Source of the DNA: a virus
Taxonomy: Duplodnaviria; Caudoviricetes
Reading direction: 5' to 3' (one strand)
IMG/VR virus record: IMGVR_UViG_3300005805_000295
Span: 1 to 31,555 of that record
Length of the DNA stretch: 31,555 bases
A model generated the notes under the pieces. It was not told the origin of the DNA and did no database searches. It was given only the letters and a program-made list of their open reading frames with translations. Below are positions 25,438-31,555 of this stretch, piece by piece (the first letter of the stretch is position 1; each line of letters opens with the position of its first letter). The position numbers and the translations under genes are program-made.

Positions 25438-26205
25438 TTAAGCTACTTTCAAACCACGACGTTTGGTCTCTGTGTTGAACCACGATAGCAACTCTTCAGT
25501 GTCGTCGTCATAAGCCTCTGGGTTCTCCAGTGCTTCAAGTTGCGCTGCCTTGCCGCCTGTCTTAATTATTTCTAAGAACTCAGGGTCATCAGCATCGACA
25601 ATCTTCCAACGACCATAGTTACCTGAACCTTTTTCAGGTCTCCAATCACCTACGCCCATCGTAATACCTGCTGTAGCGAAGAGGTTAGAGATAATCGTAT
25701 GGTTCAGAACCGGACGCACATAAGTGATGTCAACCTTACATGCCCACTTCGGTACGATGGCACGGGTGCGTACATCGGGAGTCTTGTTGATGTCTGCTGA
25801 CCGAGTAATACTTGAGAAGATCTTAGGAACACCAAACAACTCAAGACGTTCATTCTCAACCGTTGTCAGGCGACCAATCTGTGACTTCTTAGCTCCAGGC
25901 ATATCCAGTGCGGCATTGCGTAGCGCACCTTTAAATTGCGTAGCTAACACAGACAACTCAGTTGCATGGTTGCCCTGCGGCATACGGTATGGCGATGAGC
26001 GATACTCAGTCAAAGGATCGTGCTTCATTGATCCTGCTTTCTCAGCAGCAGTCTTGCGACCGGAAGGAAGAAGCAGTTGCTGCCATGCCTTCTCAGGCAT
26101 ACGGTTGCAGATCATTGGTGTAGTTCCTAGTACATGGAACGTAACCGTTTGGGTTTCCATCTCAACGATTTGGATCGTATCTTCTGTTACTTTCTTTGTA
26201 GCCAT
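25438..26205 (-). CDS. Stand-alone Cas7/RAMP-like RNA-binding protein (Vipr-like)
   Basis: RAMP-type order of motifs: beta1 VTFHVLGTTPMI, helix VLATQFKGALRNAA (cf. IPGSSLKGALR), thumb region ending RTRAIVPKWACKVDITY, and a C-terminal Gly-rich loop GITMGVGDWRPEKGSGNYGRWKI. Confidence 0.78.
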   Translation of the reverse strand: MATKKVTEDTIQIVEMETQTVTFHVLGTTPMICNRMPEKAWQQLLLPSGRKTAAEKAGSMKHDPLTEYRSSPYRMPQGNHATELSVLATQFKGALRNAALDMPGAKKSQIGRLTTVENERLELFGVPKIFSSITRSADINKTPDVRTRAIVPKWACKVDITYVRPVLNHTIISNLFATAGITMGVGDWRPEKGSGNYGRWKIVDADDPEFLEIIKTGGKAAQLEALENPEAYDDDTEELLSWFNTETKRRGLKVA

Positions 26206-26214
26206 AATTTCCTC

Positions 26215-26445
26215 TTAATTAATGAGATCGTTTTCACTTGCCTTAGCCGCTAGAGATTTGTAGAACGCCCACTTGCGTAAGTAATACGGGTCTTCGCTTG
26301 GGGGTGTCCACGTAGGAGCAGGGTGCGGCATGTCCCTCCTCTTATCTTCGGGAACTGGTTGCTTCTTCCACACAGCCATTACATCTGAGCCAGACTTCCA
26401 TAGCTTGATGTAGCGTTCCATTGTTTGTAGTTCATCTTCTGTCAT
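26215..26445 (-). CDS. Hypothetical protein
   Basis: 76 aa; TAATG coupling with the upstream gene; GGAG RBS. Confidence 0.7.
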   Translation of the reverse strand: MTEDELQTMERYIKLWKSGSDVMAVWKKQPVPEDKRRDMPHPAPTWTPPSEDPYYLRKWAFYKSLAAKASENDLIN

Positions 26446-26648
26446 TAGTAAGGAGCCTCCTCTATGTCAGATAGATCCTGCTTGCTTTGCTTTGTACGTA
26501 CTAGCTCAACGTCACGCTTTGTGCAGTAAACCCAACGTGGGAACGGCCAAGGTGTTTGCGGAATGAGGACGACTAAGTCATCGCCCTTAACTGCATGCAC
26601 CTTGCCTTCTTCTTTGTTTGGAAACCGCACTCGGTCTCCCTCGCGCAC
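26445..26648 (-). CDS. Hypothetical protein, possibly SH3/KOW-like
   Basis: 67 aa; GDRVRF....GKV...G..LVVL beta pattern; GGAG RBS before GTG. Confidence 0.65.
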   Translation of the reverse strand: MREGDRVRFPNKEEGKVHAVKGDDLVVLIPQTPWPFPRWVYCTKRDVELVRTKQSKQDLSDIEEAPY

Positions 26649-26650
26649 AG

Positions 26651-26959
26651 CTACTCCATCACGCGAGGGTTTAACATCTCCAGATACTTCTGCCTGTAGT
26701 GTCGGAACTTACCCGCGTCGGCAGGGTCTTTAAGACCTTGGCGCATAGCGTACTTAATCATGTTGCCCTTGAGGAACCCCATGAACTCGTCATAGGTAAG
26801 CAATGTCTCCATCGCTTCCCAAGGTTGTACGCCCATCGTCTTGTAGTGTGAACCACCAACTTGTATATCGTTAGCAGTAAGCGGTCTGTGTGCTGGTGCA
26901 GCATCGACTTTGTTGCGTGACCCAGGGGGACGACCCCTACGCTTCTTTGTAGTAACCAT
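26651..26959 (-). CDS. DUF3310-like protein with N-terminal AT-hook-like motif
   Basis: QVGGSHYK...QPWE...GFLKGNMIKYAMR..K; N-terminal KKRRGRPPGSRNK. Confidence 0.8.
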   Translation of the reverse strand: MVTTKKRRGRPPGSRNKVDAAPAHRPLTANDIQVGGSHYKTMGVQPWEAMETLLTYDEFMGFLKGNMIKYAMRQGLKDPADAGKFRHYRQKYLEMLNPRVME

Positions 26960-26961
26960 AA

Positions 26962-27936
26962 CTATTCCTCAGTATGTTGTTGCTCTGCATCTTGGAAGAT
27001 GTAGAAGCATTCTTGATTTGCTTTAAAACCTACACCACCTACGAAGTTATTAGGTTCGATCAGCTTCAACATGCCAAGCTTGGATCGTATGTCGTATGGT
27101 AGTGTTTGATGAGTGTAGCTCACGTTATTGACATTGTCAACAACTATATATGTATCGCCACGTTGAATTACAAGTTTACCTCCCTCAAGTTTTTCCACTC
27201 CAATTTTTGTATCGTCCATCATAGCCACTGCCTTCCCATACTCCACACAGGGTGCGCCAAGCTTGTCGTACCAATCGAACTGCATAAACATATCAGGTCT
27301 GGCTAGCAACGTATCCATAAGTGTGCTGCGTATATTCCACTGTGCTTCGTTCATCTTGCGATGGGCATCGACATGCAGGTCTTTGACAGTCTTGGTGATT
27401 GCCTCCCTTGCATGCTTGATTATCTCCGGCAGGTTCCTTGTACCAAACTCCTTAAACACAGTGCGTACAGCTTTATCCATACTGGACGTAGTCTTGTGGT
27501 CCTTCACGGTTAGCTTGTCGTTGATGCGATGGTTGTAGATCTTGTACACGTCTGCTCTTTGTGACCTACCACCTATGTAGTCAATGGTATGAGCAAGCTT
27601 GCCGAGTTCTTCTGTGCCTTCGCTTACAACAAACTCAACGATAAAGCCACTGTATATATAGTGGCTCGCCTCAAACCTCCACAGCGGACGCTTAGCGGCA
27701 AGCTCCTCAAGCAACTGCAACATGCCATGCCTGATACCCAAGGTTACTTGCTTAGAGGCATCTCTCTTCTTGTTGGTATTGATCAACTCAGCTTCTATCT
27801 TTGGCGTTCTAAATACTATGTTCTTGTGCACAGGGTGCACGTCAGGTAATGCGAAGCTGCTATCAACCTTGGTCTCGACCCTACCCTCCTCTCGTGAGGG
27901 AATGGGCATAAGGGTTACGTTATTGTATGTAGGCAT
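26962..27936 (-). CDS. Hypothetical protein
   Basis: 324-aa ORF, GAGGAG RBS, tight packing; no motif recognised. Confidence 0.8.
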   Translation of the reverse strand: MPTYNNVTLMPIPSREEGRVETKVDSSFALPDVHPVHKNIVFRTPKIEAELINTNKKRDASKQVTLGIRHGMLQLLEELAAKRPLWRFEASHYIYSGFIVEFVVSEGTEELGKLAHTIDYIGGRSQRADVYKIYNHRINDKLTVKDHKTTSSMDKAVRTVFKEFGTRNLPEIIKHAREAITKTVKDLHVDAHRKMNEAQWNIRSTLMDTLLARPDMFMQFDWYDKLGAPCVEYGKAVAMMDDTKIGVEKLEGGKLVIQRGDTYIVVDNVNNVSYTHQTLPYDIRSKLGMLKLIEPNNFVGGVGFKANQECFYIFQDAEQQHTEE

Positions 27937-27938
27937 AC

Positions 27939-28190
27939 TTACTCCTCGTTAGGGTTACCCGCTGCTTTGTACATTGCATAGGTGCTGCTAGGCATAAGAC
28001 TTAGCGACAACTCACCACGTTTCGGTGTATAGATATGGTGCGTATAAAAACTAGCACCACCGTCTTTGCCGCTGTGCCACTTATGTTCGTAAGCCTCACA
28101 CTCATTAAGCAGTCTCAGCACTTCTACTGCTCTCTCAATAGGAAGCACGTAGCTTCCCCTGAACTCAATCAATGCTTTCGTATCAGACAT
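27939..28190 (-). CDS. Hypothetical protein (83 aa, MSDTKALIEF...)
   Basis: An internal ATG with AAGGAG RBS removes the overlap with the vWA gene. Confidence 0.7.
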   Translation of the reverse strand: MSDTKALIEFRGSYVLPIERAVEVLRLLNECEAYEHKWHSGKDGGASFYTHHIYTPKRGELSLSLMPSSTYAMYKAAGNPNEE

Positions 28191-28200
28191 AGCTCTCTCC

Positions 28201-29454
<1,254 letters not shown>

Positions 29455-29462
29455 ATAACCTC

Positions 29463-30329
29463 CTATATCCAATCGTTAACTGCGAGGATGTTGTCTACCT
29501 TCTCCTTTATCTCCTTGCGTACTGATGCACTCTCCTTTATGTCATCGATGCGTACACCTAAGAGTGCACGTTCCAAGTCTTGCCTTGCCTGCTCTAGCTT
29601 GGCATCTCCTGTTATGTTGAATGCAGTAAGCAGTCCGCATAGCTCGTGAGCATTAGTGAGCATGCTCTCGTGATACCGCTTCTTCTTATCTTCTTGTTCT
29701 TGTGGCGAGTCAGTCATACGTGATGAGATATGAATAAGTGTCTCGTGCAACCTACCCCACGCATCCTTCATCGCATCACCTACCCTGCGGTTAGCCTCGG
29801 CTTCGTAGTTAGTTGCTAGCTCTTTGATAACCTCATTGTGCGTATCGAGGATGAAGTGTCCGCTCTGTGGCACAGGGGTGAAGGCATATCTGAAGCTGAA
29901 CTTGCGAGCAACCTCGCTCACGTCTGGATACTCTGAGCGATTGAAGAAGTTACCCAGCTTGAATGCTGCTACTGATACGAGGTTAGGATAAGCATCGAGG
30001 AATGTCTTGACGAGTGCTGTTGTGTTTGCCTCCATCGTATTAAGTTGCGACTTGTAGTTGAAGAAGTTAGCCATCGGCAAGAGCCTTGGGCCTTTCTCTG
30101 CCCACGGCAGGGTCTGCGCTATGTGCCATACGCGAACCTTCGCAATGTAGTCGTTGATGTTCTTGAGTAGTGCTGTACCTGCCATGAGGTTCTTGTTGAC
30201 GCGAGCCGCATCGCTCTCGGTTGCGTTGTTATCGGTGATTACTTTAGCCGACTGCTGTTTGTCTAGTTTGTATGCAGTCCATGCTGAGATGTTGAGTTCG
30301 ACAAGCACTGCGTTGTTTAAGATAGTCAT
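29463..30329 (-). CDS. DUF3150-like protein of the AAA-vWA module
   Basis: AVLVELNISAWTAYKLD, K.LMA, HIAQTLPW...G.RLLP, F....YP; typical position between AAA and vWA genes. Confidence 0.65.
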   Translation of the reverse strand: MTILNNAVLVELNISAWTAYKLDKQQSAKVITDNNATESDAARVNKNLMAGTALLKNINDYIAKVRVWHIAQTLPWAEKGPRLLPMANFFNYKSQLNTMEANTTALVKTFLDAYPNLVSVAAFKLGNFFNRSEYPDVSEVARKFSFRYAFTPVPQSGHFILDTHNEVIKELATNYEAEANRRVGDAMKDAWGRLHETLIHISSRMTDSPQEQEDKKKRYHESMLTNAHELCGLLTAFNITGDAKLEQARQDLERALLGVRIDDIKESASVRKEIKEKVDNILAVNDWI

Positions 30330-30346
30330 GCTAGCTCCTTTGCTGT

Positions 30347-31432
30347 TTAGAATAAGTCTTGGTTGTTAGCGCACCAGTCGCGGAACCTTGCGTTGCTGAA
30401 TGCGATAGCTTGTTTGATTGGATCTTTAGCGATGCTCAGTACGAGACATGCCATCCAGTCAGGATTCAACCGCTCGGCATAGGTCATGTAAGCATCGATA
30501 TTGTCCTTAGCCAGTGTGTCTATGAAGGCATACACAAGTATCCCCTGCGCCCCTGACTCAGCAGGCACTCGGCATCCCTTGGGGTCAGTCCGTATCGCCT
30601 CGCGTGTTGGCAGTTGATCTGAGAACTGCAAGTAAGTCATGAATGAATCAGCGAATGCAGCGCCTGCTGTACCTGCGAGTGCTACGTGTACTGCGTTCTG
30701 TGTAAGCTTCTTGCGGACGTGGACGATGTTGCTTGACCTTGAGAGTGTGCGAGGCGACACGCACGACTGATTGGGCTTGCGTGGGTTGTATGGATATGGG
30801 TTGCTCTCCTGCCCAGGGTCTCGATACGAAGCTAGACAATCGGGATGGGCATATACCCACGAGCGTATCTCTGGTGCAATGTTGTTAGCACTAGCCCAAG
30901 GCAACCACGTATCGGCAGAGGGCTTGCGTATCTCACACTCGGTTACCCGCTGTAGTGAGTGCGCTTTGAGGTTGTCACCGACTCCATCTGTGGACAGGTT
31001 ACCCGTGAGGAATACGATGCTTCCCTTCTTGAGGAACTTATCTGCCATGCGAGGCTTGTTTTCTTCGAGTAGTGGATGCAGCATGTTACGCACAGGTTCT
31101 GCACCCTTGCTGAACTCATCAAGGCATATGACTACCTTCTTATCAGTATGCAGTTTGAACGTGCCGTTGGGGAAGTATTCGAGGATGCGCTCCTCTCGGT
31201 TTGGAATTGGTGCTGCTGTGTCGCCAAGGTCTAGGCTCGCACAGTCTACGTAAACGAAATCGTACTCGTCTGCGGGTAGCAGGGGATGAGACTCTAAGAG
31301 GTTAAGCACAGACGACTTGCCGATCCCAGGCTCGCCACGTAGTAGGAACCTATTGTCAGGGATGTTAGCGATAAGGTCTGCTGCCTCTTGCAGTGAGATC
31401 TCGCGCTGCTGTTTGACTTGCTGTTCTTGCAT
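30347..31432 (-). CDS. MoxR-like AAA+ ATPase
   Basis: Walker A GEPGIGKS, Walker B ICLDEF, sensor LTGN, SLQR and SPRT. Confidence 0.9.
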   Translation of the reverse strand: MQEQQVKQQREISLQEAADLIANIPDNRFLLRGEPGIGKSSVLNLLESHPLLPADEYDFVYVDCASLDLGDTAAPIPNREERILEYFPNGTFKLHTDKKVVICLDEFSKGAEPVRNMLHPLLEENKPRMADKFLKKGSIVFLTGNLSTDGVGDNLKAHSLQRVTECEIRKPSADTWLPWASANNIAPEIRSWVYAHPDCLASYRDPGQESNPYPYNPRKPNQSCVSPRTLSRSSNIVHVRKKLTQNAVHVALAGTAGAAFADSFMTYLQFSDQLPTREAIRTDPKGCRVPAESGAQGILVYAFIDTLAKDNIDAYMTYAERLNPDWMACLVLSIAKDPIKQAIAFSNARFRDWCANNQDLF

Positions 31433-31437
31433 ATCTG

Positions 31438-31554
31438 TTATCTCCTCTTGGTTAATCTGATGCTTGGTAATGCTGCTGCTCTGTGCTTCTTAATAGTTAC
31501 CGAATGGTCATAGTCATCTAGCTCGTACTCCTCTTGGATTTCTTCAGCCATCTC
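31438..31554 (-). CDS. 3' end of a hypothetical gene running off the window
   Basis: Open frame ...EMAEEIQEEYELDDYDHSVTIKKHRAAALPSIRLTKRR* ending 5 nt before the AAA start. Confidence 0.4.
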   Translation of the reverse strand, partial: EMAEEIQEEYELDDYDHSVTIKKHRAAALPSIRLTKRR

Positions 31555-31555
31555 G

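Noticed and set aside
25724-26218. 164-aa + strand ORF and similar antisense ORFs (e.g. 1646..2167, 17021..17662, 28481..28942, 30771..31253)
   Set aside because: Shadow frames opposite well-supported genes, with no recognisable motifs.

Overview
This 31.6-kb window is a segment of a tailed-phage genome with a podovirus-like layout and two convergent arms. The + arm (<1-13426) encodes four large putative internal-virion/ejection proteins. The last is a 2274-aa polyvalent protein (HExxH metallopeptidase motif, LPD38-like C-terminus) that hides two RBS-led overprinted small ORFs. The - arm (31555 to 13423) starts with an early/accessory block (MoxR-like AAA ATPase, DUF3150-like protein, metallopeptidase-vWA protein, small ORFs, two DUF3310 genes). 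A replication block follows: family A DNA polymerase, PD-(D/E)XK nuclease, HNH-like protein, SNF2 helicase, SSB-like protein, HTH protein and an AEP-primase/DUF927 helicase. The standout locus is 24434-26205 (-): a solitary Cas7/RAMP-like gene, a 154-aa accessory gene and, starting at that gene's stop codon, a non-coding array of 10 units built as GGCA+(GGY-NN)x9-12. This looks like a compact, non-CRISPR RNA-guided system in which the variable NN dinucleotides carry the information. Read as codon positions 1-2, two adjacent units spell a Walker A motif and a 'DRRF' motif typical of another element's primase-helicase. All family assignments are from motif recognition by eye; no searches were run.
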